DNA from: Candidatus Micrarchaeota archaeon
GTDB taxonomy: Archaea; Micrarchaeota; Micrarchaeia; Micrarchaeales; Micrarchaeaceae
Length of the DNA: 64,000 nt
Direction of reading: 5' to 3'
Assembly: GCA_021827605.1 (NCBI GenBank)
Contig: JAKAVF010000031.1
Span: 28,592 to 92,591, forward strand
This document shows positions 26,586 through 34,806 of this stretch, in pieces. Made by a program: the position numbers and the translations under genes. Each line of letters starts with the position of its first letter. Within the stretch, counting starts at the first letter, position 1. The notes under the pieces were generated by a model. That model was not told where the DNA came from and did not search any database. It saw only the letters and a list, made by a program, of their open reading frames with translations.

Positions 26586-27194
26586 TCAGACTACCTTAAG
26601 CTGCAGCGTCGCTATCTGCTCGATGTTAGGGTTGCACCCGGCGCTTCCAGGTTTGCATGCTGTGTTTGTGTAGTTTATCCAAAGTGCGCCGGTGAACGCC
26701 GTATCTACTGCGCTCGAGCTCGCCATAGGCACTCCGGAAGAATCGTAGCATGGTATCCTGTTTATCCTCAGGTTCTGACCGCTGACGAGGACTGTGCCAT
26801 TGATTGGGCTCTCGCCCCTGCCTGCAAGCTGTGATATCGGTATCCCAACTCCATTGGACTGCACCAGAGTCCAGGATGAAGCGTTGCTGGGCACCCCGCT
26901 GGTATTGAACGATGCGGAGCATGATATCATCACGTCGTAAATGGGAGATGAGCCAACCTGTCCTATAGTTATAGAGAGCAATCCGCTTTGGTTAAGCACA
27001 GGAGTGGAGCAGGAGAATCCGGGGATTCCGTTGCACTGGGACGAGACGAACGTCTGCCCGCTGAATACGTTGAGCTTGAAGAGGACCGCAAGTACTATCC
27101 CTATTATCAGGATCGCCCACCCGTATGTCATGAGGTACTCTATTGCGCTCTGCCCTTTTCTCTTTGCAAAATCGAACATCAAATCGCCAACCAC
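26586..27194 (-). CDS. Archaeal type IV pilin-like protein with class III signal peptide
   Basis: FAKRKG-QSAIEYLMTYGWAILIIGIVLAVLF is a prepilin-peptidase-type site (G then Q, Glu at +5). A Cys-containing head domain follows, ending in FTGALWINY. The likely start is the Met at 27179. Confidence 0.6.
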   Translation of the reverse strand: MVGDLMFDFAKRKGQSAIEYLMTYGWAILIIGIVLAVLFKLNVFSGQTFVSSQCNGIPGFSCSTPVLNQSGLLSITIGQVGSSPIYDVMISCSASFNTSGVPSNASSWTLVQSNGVGIPISQLAGRGESPINGTVLVSGQNLRINRIPCYDSSGVPMASSSAVDTAFTGALWINYTNTACKPGSAGCNPNIEQIATLQLKVV

Positions 27195-27271
27195 TTCTAC
27201 TATAAAAAAGATATCTATTTATTGTTTAGCGTCATGCATTAATATAAGGTAACTGGTTTTGGAGTGATACA

Positions 27272-28543
27272 ATGACGGAAGAGCTAAATCCATTCAAGAT
27301 TGCGCAACAGCAGCTGGAACACGCGGCATCGATAATGAAGCTGGACAAGCAGGCACTTGCGATACTCAGGGAGCCAAGGAGAACCGTGACCATAAACATG
27401 CCAGTGCGCATGTCGAGCGGGGAGGTAAAGACCTTCCAGGGATTCAGGGTTCAGTACAACAACGCGAGGGGCCCCTGCAAGGGGGGAATAAGGTTCCATC
27501 CGTTGGAGACCATAGATACCGTCAAGGCGCTGGCAGCATGGATGACGTGGAAGTGCGCGTTGGCCGACATCCCGTTCGGCGGCGGGAAAGGGGGAATAAT
27601 AGTAGACCCGAAGAAGCTCGACGAAAGGGAGCTTGAGGCCCTGTCCCGCGCATATATAAGGGCACTAGGGAACATAATAGGCCCAGAGACCGACGTTCCC
27701 GCGCCTGACGTCTACACAACACCGCAGATAATGGCGTGGATGATGGATGAATACACCAACATAGTGAGGCACAACGAGTTCGGTGTGATAACAGGGAAGC
27801 CGACAGAAATCTGGGGATCGGAGGGGAGGAAGGACTCCACAGCCATGGGAGGAATGTTCGTGATGAGGGAGGCTGCTAAGCTGTTGAAGATCGACCTGAA
27901 GAAGGCGAAGATAGCAGTACAGGGATTCGGCAATGCCGGAATGTACGCATATACCCTTTCAAAGAAGATGTTCGGATCAAACGTCGTAGCCATAAGTGAT
28001 TCGCAGGGCGGGATATATGATCCGGATGGACTGGACCTCAAGAAACTTGAGGATGCGAAGAAGAAGACCGGCAGTGTAGACGGTTACAAGAGCAAGAACG
28101 CCCAGAAAGTGACGAACGATGAACTGCTCGAACTAGATGTCGATATACTTATTCCAGCTGCGATAGAGAACCAGGTCAAGAAGGACAATGCAGACAAGGT
28201 GAAGGCGAAGCTCCTCCTCGAGCTGGCGAACGGGCCGGTGACGCCAGAAGCTGACGAGATACTCCATGAGAAAGGTGTCTTCGACCTGCCGGACTTCCTG
28301 GTCAACAGCGGCGGAGTAATCGGATCTTACTTCGAATGGGCGCAGAACCTCAGCAACTACTACTGGTCGACAGAGGACTTCTACAGCAAGCTCGACAAGT
28401 TCATAACGAAGTCTTTCAACGACACGATAGCCATGAGGAAGGACTATGCAGGAAAGGGCCAGAAGATATCTCCGAGGATGGCAGCTTATATCATCGCCGT
28501 CGACAGAGTTTCTAGGGCGATGAAGGTCCGCGGCTGGTACTAG
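27272..28543 (+). CDS. gdhA: Glutamate dehydrogenase
   Basis: [15 protein letters not shown] and the dinucleotide fold VQGFGNAG. 423 aa. Confidence 0.9.
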   Translation: MTEELNPFKIAQQQLEHAASIMKLDKQALAILREPRRTVTINMPVRMSSGEVKTFQGFRVQYNNARGPCKGGIRFHPLETIDTVKALAAWMTWKCALADIPFGGGKGGIIVDPKKLDERELEALSRAYIRALGNIIGPETDVPAPDVYTTPQIMAWMMDEYTNIVRHNEFGVITGKPTEIWGSEGRKDSTAMGGMFVMREAAKLLKIDLKKAKIAVQGFGNAGMYAYTLSKKMFGSNVVAISDSQGGIYDPDGLDLKKLEDAKKKTGSVDGYKSKNAQKVTNDELLELDVDILIPAAIENQVKKDNADKVKAKLLLELANGPVTPEADEILHEKGVFDLPDFLVNSGGVIGSYFEWAQNLSNYYWSTEDFYSKLDKFITKSFNDTIAMRKDYAGKGQKISPRMAAYIIAVDRVSRAMKVRGWY

Positions 28544-28552
28544 AGCCGCGCA

Positions 28553-29407
28553 TCATCCGTGGATCCTTATTCCGAGATTAGGGTCGTCCGGGTCTGTCGT
28601 AGGTTTAATGAACTTCATGAAGCCTTCGAGTCTGCCACTGTTGTTGGCTTCGCTCTTCAACATTCTAAACGCCTGGTTGAAGTCAGGTATCACCGTATTC
28701 CTAAGGAATGCGATGAGGCCAGCATTCTCCTGCCCTTTATCCTCAAGCTGTTTTATCAGCTTCTTGAATCCGTTGACGGCGTCTGCATGTATCTCAACAA
28801 ACTTGTCCTCCGAGCAACCGGCGCATGCGAGCAAGCGCAATAGTCCTCGCGTGGCTATAAAGCCCGCTATCTCACCGTAGTCGTCATCATTCTGCTCAGC
28901 CAGCGTAAGCAGCATCTCGTTGCATTCCAGCATCAGGTTCAGCACTCTCTTGTTTTGGTGCTCCGGATTCTTCTCAAAGTGCGTATAGAGATGCGTGTTT
29001 ACCTTATTTACAACGCTTCCGAATGCGCCAAACTCAATCTCGCCGCTCTCCACTCTTGGCACGGACTCCTTCAATTTGGCAGCTACCATCTCCAGCATGT
29101 CCAGTTCCTCGTCGAAATTTTCTGATATTATTGCTATGGCAGATGCTGCATTGTTCGCTGATATGGCAGCCTCGAAACTCGCTCCCCTCGCGCTCTCACG
29201 GTTAAAAGCCCTCATGAACCTTTCCTTAGCCAAGGCCGCAAGCGCCTTCGCAGCTTCCTCGTCCTTCGGTTTCCTGAGTAGCAGCTCAGCGGCGAGCTGT
29301 ATCAGCTTTACCCCATTCTCAAAGTTCGCAGACTCCTCTCTCCTAGCCTGGATCTTGTTTGCGCTGCTGTCTTTATTCTGCCTGTTATCTAAGAGCATGC
29401 TTTTCAC
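28553..29407 (-). CDS. Hypothetical cytoplasmic all-helical protein
   Basis: 284 aa with no TM or signal and no motif I recognise. A palindromic TATA-like box (29431-29442) lies about 29 nt upstream of the GTG start. Confidence 0.45.
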   Translation of the reverse strand: MKSMLLDNRQNKDSSANKIQARREESANFENGVKLIQLAAELLLRKPKDEEAAKALAALAKERFMRAFNRESARGASFEAAISANNAASAIAIISENFDEELDMLEMVAAKLKESVPRVESGEIEFGAFGSVVNKVNTHLYTHFEKNPEHQNKRVLNLMLECNEMLLTLAEQNDDDYGEIAGFIATRGLLRLLACAGCSEDKFVEIHADAVNGFKKLIKQLEDKGQENAGLIAFLRNTVIPDFNQAFRMLKSEANNSGRLEGFMKFIKPTTDPDDPNLGIRIHG

Positions 29408-29430
29408 GAAGTGAATCTCTTAAGAATCAG

Positions 29431-29442
29431 ATATTTAAATAT
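29431..29442 (-). promoter_or_regulatory. Palindromic TATA-like box ATATTTAAATAT
   Basis: It is centred about 29 nt upstream of the GTG start at 29407. Similar TTTAAAT boxes occur at 23244, 33580, 51652, 59572, 60095 and 62653. Confidence 0.35.
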
Positions 29443-29448
29443 GCCGCA

Positions 29449-30336
29449 TCACGGTAGCTTTGTCGTGGAGAGCCATGAGCTGGAGTAGATTACGTTCGTC
29501 GCCATTCCGTTGAGCTTGGCCTGGCTGTAGTCGTTCGGGTTTCCGTTTAGCGGGTACCATGCAACAAGACCGTTGAGGTCTATCGGGAGCCCGCCTATCC
29601 CCTCCCTGAACGTTGTCTGTATCTCGCTAGGGGAGAGCTGCCTGTCATAGATCTGCACGTTTGTTACATAGCCGTCGAAATATTGCAGAGGGGAAGAATA
29701 GCTGTGACCTATTTGCGCAGTTATATTGCCATTTGCCGAAAGCCCGCTCAGTGTAGTGCCGCTGCTGCCGGCAAGCGCGCCATCAACGTAAATGGACACG
29801 CTGCTCGTATTGTAAGTCCCAGCGAGGAAATACCAGTCTTGGAGCGCCGCAAGGCTGTTCGAAGAGCTGCTCGCCGCGCCGCTGTACCCGCTCGCGCCCA
29901 TAGCGCCGAAAGTGGCTGAGTTGCTGCCGCTTTCGTTTATCAAAAGGTCGAAGTTTGGCAGTATCGTCCCATTGCTGGCAAGCACCGGCTCAGTCGTGCC
30001 GGTCGAGCCCTTTCTCGCGACCCACACGATTACCGTGAAGGAGTTAAGGTTGTGGAACGCGGTCATATTTGGGGTGGTTACATAGCCATGATTTGACAGG
30101 TCGGAGACGAACTTCGGCACAGCTCCATTGCACGTTCCCTCAAAGGAGAGGAACTGGTTTGTGCCAGGCGTTCCGGAGCTGACCACGCTGCACGAGCCTG
30201 GCAGCGCATAGCCCTGGTTCCCGACGTTGAGAACGTTCAGCTCGAACAGTACGAAGAACACTATAGCTATGATGAGCAGCGCCCATCCGTATGTGGTAAG
30301 ATATTCAAGAGCGGATTGCGACCTCATGGGCATCAT
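29449..30336 (-). CDS. Class III signal-peptide pilin-like protein fused to a LamG/concanavalin-like domain
   Basis: MRS-QSALEYLTTYGWALLIIAIVFFVLF. LamG_3-type blocks follow: FTVIVWVARKG, WYFLAGTYN..VSIYVDGAL, FDGYVTNVQIYDRQLSPSEIQ. Confidence 0.6.
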   Translation of the reverse strand: MMPMRSQSALEYLTTYGWALLIIAIVFFVLFELNVLNVGNQGYALPGSCSVVSSGTPGTNQFLSFEGTCNGAVPKFVSDLSNHGYVTTPNMTAFHNLNSFTVIVWVARKGSTGTTEPVLASNGTILPNFDLLINESGSNSATFGAMGASGYSGAASSSSNSLAALQDWYFLAGTYNTSSVSIYVDGALAGSSGTTLSGLSANGNITAQIGHSYSSPLQYFDGYVTNVQIYDRQLSPSEIQTTFREGIGGLPIDLNGLVAWYPLNGNPNDYSQAKLNGMATNVIYSSSWLSTTKLP

Positions 30337-30367
30337 TAGAAAAGAGCAACAAAGTTATAAAAAGCAG

Positions 30368-30793
30368 CTACCCCTTCCTTAGCACAGCCTGCAGCCTGGT
30401 TATGTCCTCTCTGAGCTTCTCGATGTCCCTGATCTCCTCCTGTTCCTCTTTGCTCAGCGCACCCTTGCTCTGCTCTAGATGGAATTTTATCGCATCAAGG
30501 AAGTCGATCCATTCATCCACGTCTATCCTGGCGAGCTCGAGTGCGTTCTTGTCGTCCTTGAAGAGCTCAATCAGCTTTAGCAGCCTCTCGTTCTCAGCGC
30601 TTTCCTCATGCGCCTCCAGCTTTTTCTTCACGTGGTTCCTAAGCTCGATGATGTCAACGAGCGTGAGCTCCCTGTTCCTCTCGGTAAGCTTGCTTATGTT
30701 CCTGCTGAAGCTGCCGATTGACTCGTGGAGCCTGGTGATGAGCTCGTTGAGAGAAAGCTTTTTGAGGGATTCTAGCGGCATAAAACCATCCAA
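30368..30793 (-). CDS. Hypothetical coiled-coil protein
   Basis: 141 aa, heptad-rich and charged, with no TM. Its start codon directly abuts the stop of the upstream pilin/beta-propeller gene (30794). Confidence 0.45.
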   Translation of the reverse strand: MDGFMPLESLKKLSLNELITRLHESIGSFSRNISKLTERNRELTLVDIIELRNHVKKKLEAHEESAENERLLKLIELFKDDKNALELARIDVDEWIDFLDAIKFHLEQSKGALSKEEQEEIRDIEKLREDITRLQAVLRKG

Positions 30794-32266
30794 TTAAATT
30801 CCTGGCGGCAGGCCAATGAAGCACGAGCACTGCAGCCCTCCGACTACTGGTATAGTATTAGTGACTTGGCCTGTCGCCACATTGACTATAGAAAGGTTGC
30901 CGCTGTTATCGATGTAGTACAGTGTATCCCCGCTGCTGGATAGTGCAGCTTGTCGCCCCTCACCACCATTAAGGAAGTGTATTGAATTGTAGACCAGATT
31001 ATCGCTCGTATGCGCTTTGTAGATTGTGGCATTGTCAGGGACATCTATGTAAAGGGTGGAACCGTTCGGCGAGAGCAGGAGGAGATATGGGCTATTTATG
31101 AAGCCTGTTACATTCCCTACTATGGTGTTTGTTACTGTAGAGAAGTCTATCACATTATCCGGATATCCATCTGGCACATACACGTTTGTGTTGTTCGCCG
31201 ACACTATGGGATAGAAATTGTACCCGCTTCCAGGAATGCTATGCAGTGTTGTCGTATCCGTACTGAGTTGTATGGCCGCAAAGTCTCCTACGTTATAATC
31301 TGCCACATATGCATAGTTCCCGTCAGGAGATAGCGCAATTCCGAGTGGACCGGATCCGGCTGGGATGGTGTTAACTACGGTTGCGGTACCTGTAGATATC
31401 TTCGAGACCGTACTTCCACCGCTGTTTGTCACATAGACCGTGGAACCATCCGGTGTTATCGCAAGGTCGTATGGGCACGCGCCAACCGGTATGGTATTCG
31501 TTACTGTGAATGTGCTTGTTGACACCTGATACACATCGTTATTATTGCAATCGCCAACATAGAGGCTCTCGCCATTAGGGGAAACCACGACGCCGGTAGG
31601 TCCGCTCATCGTCAAATATGTCACCACCGAATTCGTAACTGTCGATACCTCAAGGAGTTTATTTGCACCCTGTGCAGAAATATAAAGATACTCCGCCGTG
31701 GTAGTCGTTATTGTGCTGCTGCTTGTAGTGGTTGAGCTGCTTAAAGTAGTAGTGCTTACCGTAGTAGTCGTGGCGACGGTGGTAAGACTGGTAAATCCAT
31801 TGTTTGTAGTAACTGGTAAGATGACGTGTGCGAAATTATCCACAAGCGTAGGCTCATTCGGAAACTCATTGCTGTGATACTGTATCCAGAGATATCCGGA
31901 GAATGAGTTGCCTATCGCGCCAGAGCTGATTGGGCAGTGCACTATCAAATTGGAATATGTGTTAGGCTCAAGGACGTAGTCTGCAGCCTGGAACGTCGAA
32001 GGTGTGACTGGGCCAGTAGTGCATTGCAGCCCCGTCACTGTTATGTTCCCAAGGTTCAGGTTCTCCGAGAATGTAACCTCCAGGTATCCGCTTGCGTTAA
32101 GGGCCGGACTAGTGCACGAATATCCGCTCTCAGGTATGCAGTTTGATCCCGCTGACGGCTTCGTGATCACGAACAGCAGCGCAATGACTATAATTACAAC
32201 AAGAATAGTCCACCCGTAAGTGGTGAGGTACTCTATTGCGCTCTGCCCTTTCCCAAAAGGTGCCAT
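30794..32266 (-). CDS. Class III signal-peptide pilin-like protein fused to YVTN-type beta-propeller repeats
   Basis: FGKG-QSAIEYLTTYGWTILVVIIVIALLF, then a Cys-containing head domain ending SGYLWIQY and a T/S linker. Repeated units follow, such as SPDGSTVYVTNSGGSTVSKISTGTATVVNTIP and SPDGNYAYVADYN. Confidence 0.6.
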   Translation of the reverse strand: MAPFGKGQSAIEYLTTYGWTILVVIIVIALLFVITKPSAGSNCIPESGYSCTSPALNASGYLEVTFSENLNLGNITVTGLQCTTGPVTPSTFQAADYVLEPNTYSNLIVHCPISSGAIGNSFSGYLWIQYHSNEFPNEPTLVDNFAHVILPVTTNNGFTSLTTVATTTTVSTTTLSSSTTTSSSTITTTTAEYLYISAQGANKLLEVSTVTNSVVTYLTMSGPTGVVVSPNGESLYVGDCNNNDVYQVSTSTFTVTNTIPVGACPYDLAITPDGSTVYVTNSGGSTVSKISTGTATVVNTIPAGSGPLGIALSPDGNYAYVADYNVGDFAAIQLSTDTTTLHSIPGSGYNFYPIVSANNTNVYVPDGYPDNVIDFSTVTNTIVGNVTGFINSPYLLLLSPNGSTLYIDVPDNATIYKAHTSDNLVYNSIHFLNGGEGRQAALSSSGDTLYYIDNSGNLSIVNVATGQVTNTIPVVGGLQCSCFIGLPPGI

Positions 32267-32316
32267 GTAAATAGATAAGCGACAAAGCTTAAATTACTGC
32301 GCAAGAAGTAGTTATC

Positions 32317-33186
32317 ATGATTCTCATAGGGATAGTCATAGCGCTTCTCTCCCTTCTGACCTATTCAATAGCCGATGGGCTCTCAAAGTATCCCTCAAGG
32401 ATTATCGGGCACAATAGGACCGCGGTAATCGTTCTTGCGGCGGGGACGCTTGCTTCGCTATCGATGTTCGCCGTCCCACAGCTTATCGGAACCATTACGC
32501 CTGCTGTAATCGCGCTTTCAGTCTTTGCCGGCTTCCTCGAAGGTGCGTGGTTCCTCTGGGTATTCAAATCCCTTGAGACAGAGCAGGTCGGCAACACGAT
32601 GGCGCTGGTCGACGTGCCGTACGCGATAATAGTCCTTTTCGGCATCCTTGTCCTGATCGAGCCGATAACGAGCATAGAGATAGTAGGGGTAATAGGCATT
32701 TTTGCAGGTGTCGCGCTGGTGATGAGCAAGGATCATTTCAAGTTCAACAAGAGGCTTATTCCAGCGCTTGCCGGCAACATAGTGCTCGGCTTCTTCTACG
32801 TCGCTTTCATATCTGCGGTCACGCTGTCAGGCGGAATTGCGATACCCGCAACCGTAGCGAAACTGGTTGCCTTCGCGATCATACTTGCTGACACGCTGCT
32901 ATTCTACAAGCCGAGGAAGCACACCGGGATCTACAAGCCGCTGAATCTGAAGTCGCTTCCCTTCCTTGCCGCAATACTCGTCGGGGTATTGGATGCAGCT
33001 GGTGCGATAGGGGTAGCAGCATATTCGCTTCTCGGAATAGTGGTGCTGGGAGGTGCAATCGTAGCGATAGAGCCAGCGATAGTAATGCTCTTCGGATTCA
33101 AGTTCTATAAGGAAAGGTTCACAACGTTCCAGATTCTTGGATTCGTCATTATAGTCGCAGGAGCAATTCTGCTGAACATCGCGTAG
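32317..33186 (+). CDS. EamA/DMT-superfamily transporter
   Basis: About 10 predicted TM helices in two similar halves. 289 aa. Confidence 0.55.
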   Translation: MILIGIVIALLSLLTYSIADGLSKYPSRIIGHNRTAVIVLAAGTLASLSMFAVPQLIGTITPAVIALSVFAGFLEGAWFLWVFKSLETEQVGNTMALVDVPYAIIVLFGILVLIEPITSIEIVGVIGIFAGVALVMSKDHFKFNKRLIPALAGNIVLGFFYVAFISAVTLSGGIAIPATVAKLVAFAIILADTLLFYKPRKHTGIYKPLNLKSLPFLAAILVGVLDAAGAIGVAAYSLLGIVVLGGAIVAIEPAIVMLFGFKFYKERFTTFQILGFVIIVAGAILLNIA

Positions 33187-33188
33187 AG

Positions 33189-33557
33189 TCAGTTAGAGCT
33201 GTGATTTCCAGGCCCATGCTGCTTTACTCTATGCGCTTCCCTTCGCTCCAGCGTCTCCACCCTCTCGCCGAGGTCGAGCACCAGCTGGACGAGCGCGACC
33301 TGGAAGTTGCCCCCATTCTCAAGCTTGCGCAGGAGTGCGCCAAGCGACCTGTTCGTTTTAGCACCCTCCCTGAGCCCGTTGGCTATTTCCATGGTTTCCG
33401 ACTTCAGCTTTTCATAGCGTTCAGCCCTTCTTATAAGCGTCCTCAGGCCTTCGCTCCTTGTCGGCAGATCGTTCTCAATCATGAACTTCCTAAGCAGGTC
33501 GAGGTCATTCAAGCCAAGCCTTACACCTACCAGTTCCGTGTGTCGCTCCTTTGACAT
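33189..33557 (-). CDS. Ribbon-helix-helix (CopG-like) DNA-binding protein with helical C-terminal extension
   Basis: The N-terminus ELVGVRLGLNDLDLLRKFMIENDLPTRSEGLRTLIRRA fits a strand-helix-helix pattern. Confidence 0.5.
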   Translation of the reverse strand: MSKERHTELVGVRLGLNDLDLLRKFMIENDLPTRSEGLRTLIRRAERYEKLKSETMEIANGLREGAKTNRSLGALLRKLENGGNFQVALVQLVLDLGERVETLERREAHRVKQHGPGNHSSN

Positions 33558-33560
33558 GAT

Positions 33561-33707
33561 TTACCTCTCAAGAAGCTGATATTTAAGCGTTGTGGGACCG
33601 CTCCCGGCGAGCATTTTGCGTTTCGGTATTATGTATTCTTCCGGAACGCCTCGTTGCGCTATCTCCCTAAGCTGCTGGAGCTTTGCAGAGTTTATCAAGC
33701 CGACCAT
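33561..33707 (-). CDS. Possible 48-aa ORF immediately upstream of the RHH gene
   Basis: Hand translation gives MVGLINSAKLQQLREIAQRGVPEEYIIPKRKMLAGSGPTTLKYQLLER. The stop lies 3 nt before the RHH ATG. No motif is recognised and it may be non-coding. Confidence 0.2.
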   Translation of the reverse strand: MVGLINSAKLQQLREIAQRGVPEEYIIPKRKMLAGSGPTTLKYQLLER

Positions 33708-33763
33708 GACTGGTTCATTTATCTCGTTCCTGCCATAGACGACATCATCGATGATTATCTTAC

Positions 33764-34195
33764 TTAACCCTGCTTCTTCAAGTACTCTGTAGCGGTATCT
33801 CTAACATTTTCTGTTATTGGCAACATCAGGGCTTCTCTTGGCAAGACCCATATGAAGCTCTGTGCCTCATCATTGAGCTTCACATCTTTGTTTTTCAGAT
33901 CGGAAGAATAATGGAAATAGATAAAGTGCCTCTTCTCATAGAACTCCTTTCCAAAAATGAATTCGCCCCACCGTATGAACCTTATATCATCGACATCAAG
34001 ATTCGTCTCTTCTTTCATCTCTCTTTTTACAGCATCGATTACCCTTTCCCCTAAATCGATATGCCCTCCAGGAAGAGCATACATATTATTCCATCTTTCA
34101 GCTTTGACTAGGAGGATCCTCCCCTCGTCATCAATTATAAGTCCGGCGCACACTACGCCAGGTACGACCTTATCAGCTGGATGTTCATCTACCAT
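33764..34195 (-). CDS. NUDIX hydrolase
   Basis: Nudix box GGHIDLGERVIDAVKREMKEETNL. The ORF is open to 34246 but its first 17 codons overlap tRNA-Ser, so Met-18 (MVDEHP, 34195) is the likely start. Confidence 0.7.
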   Translation of the reverse strand: MVDEHPADKVVPGVVCAGLIIDDEGRILLVKAERWNNMYALPGGHIDLGERVIDAVKREMKEETNLDVDDIRFIRWGEFIFGKEFYEKRHFIYFHYSSDLKNKDVKLNDEAQSFIWVLPREALMLPITENVRDTATEYLKKQG

Positions 34196-34212
34196 AATGT
34201 CACAAATATAAA

Positions 34213-34298
34213 CGCCGGGAGCGAGATTCGAACTCGCGGAAGCCATTTCTGACTAAACAGCTTAGCAGGCTGCCGCCCTACCACTAGGCGATCCCGGC
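34213..34298 (-). tRNA. tRNA-Ser (anticodon GCU), no intron, CCA not encoded
   Basis: Minus strand reads GCCGGGA-UC-GCCU-AGUGGUA-GGGC-G-GCAGC-CUGCUAA-GCUGU-(19-nt variable region)-GCGAG-UUCGAAU-CUCGC-UCCCGGC-G. All four stems pair, and the long variable arm (AGUC/GGCU) is typical of a class II tRNA. Confidence 0.85.
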
Positions 34299-34364
34299 AT
34301 GAATGTTATTTATTCCATACTCACATTTAAAGTTCTTGATAAAACTTCTTCCAAGAAGTTTAAT

Positions 34365-34620
34365 GGCAGAAGCTGCCTTGCACCATAAACACACATAAAG
34401 TTGATTGCATTTCTGCTCAGCTCTGTATCCCAAGAGCATAGTTTTTATATGCTTAAGGTTGCTCCTTCCGGCCTGGCCTGGTTCGCATACAAAGCTACCA
34501 CCTGGGGCAAAACGTCGACGCTTCCATGCAGGCTTTATATGCATCTATGATACTGCAGCAGCATTGGCCCGCCTAAAGGGATTTGCGGATGGGAAACCCT
34601 TAGCTTCCCGCCTATCTGCC
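34365..34620 (-). ncRNA. Signal recognition particle (7S/SRP) RNA
   Basis: Minus strand contains CCAGGCCAGGCCGGAAGGAGCAACC, a helix-8 GGAA tetraloop with AGCA-type loop context. The 5' GGCAGA pairs with the 3' UCUGCC. Long helix-5 pairings can be drawn by hand: GCUGCU/GGCAGC, AUCAUAGAU/GUUUAUGGU and GCAUAUAAAG/CUUUAUGUGU. The ends are approximate. Confidence 0.75.
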
Positions 34621-34806
34621 AGAGGTATATGATTTAGTTTGGTATAAATAGGTATTGCTGGCATTTTGCCATGCAGCCAAGCGAAATCCATCGATGCATA
34701 AATATCCTGCGGCGCGCATATTGGACCGGATGGAGCTCATTTACTCAGATGCCGCGATAAAATCAAAATTGCTAGAGCTTAAATACCTGATTATAGAGAA
34801 TAGAAG

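Noticed and set aside
34213-34298. tRNA-Ser as a possible integration site of a mobile element or genomic island, given the nearby Nudix, RHH and small ORF genes.
   Set aside because: There is no integrase or recombinase, no duplicated tRNA 3' segment, and no compositional shift that I can see. The neighbouring genes are ordinary.
34284-34632. ORF-track entries 34284-34544 (-) and 34405-34632 (+).
   Set aside because: Both overlap the SRP RNA. They have no coding-like composition or motifs and conflict with each other.
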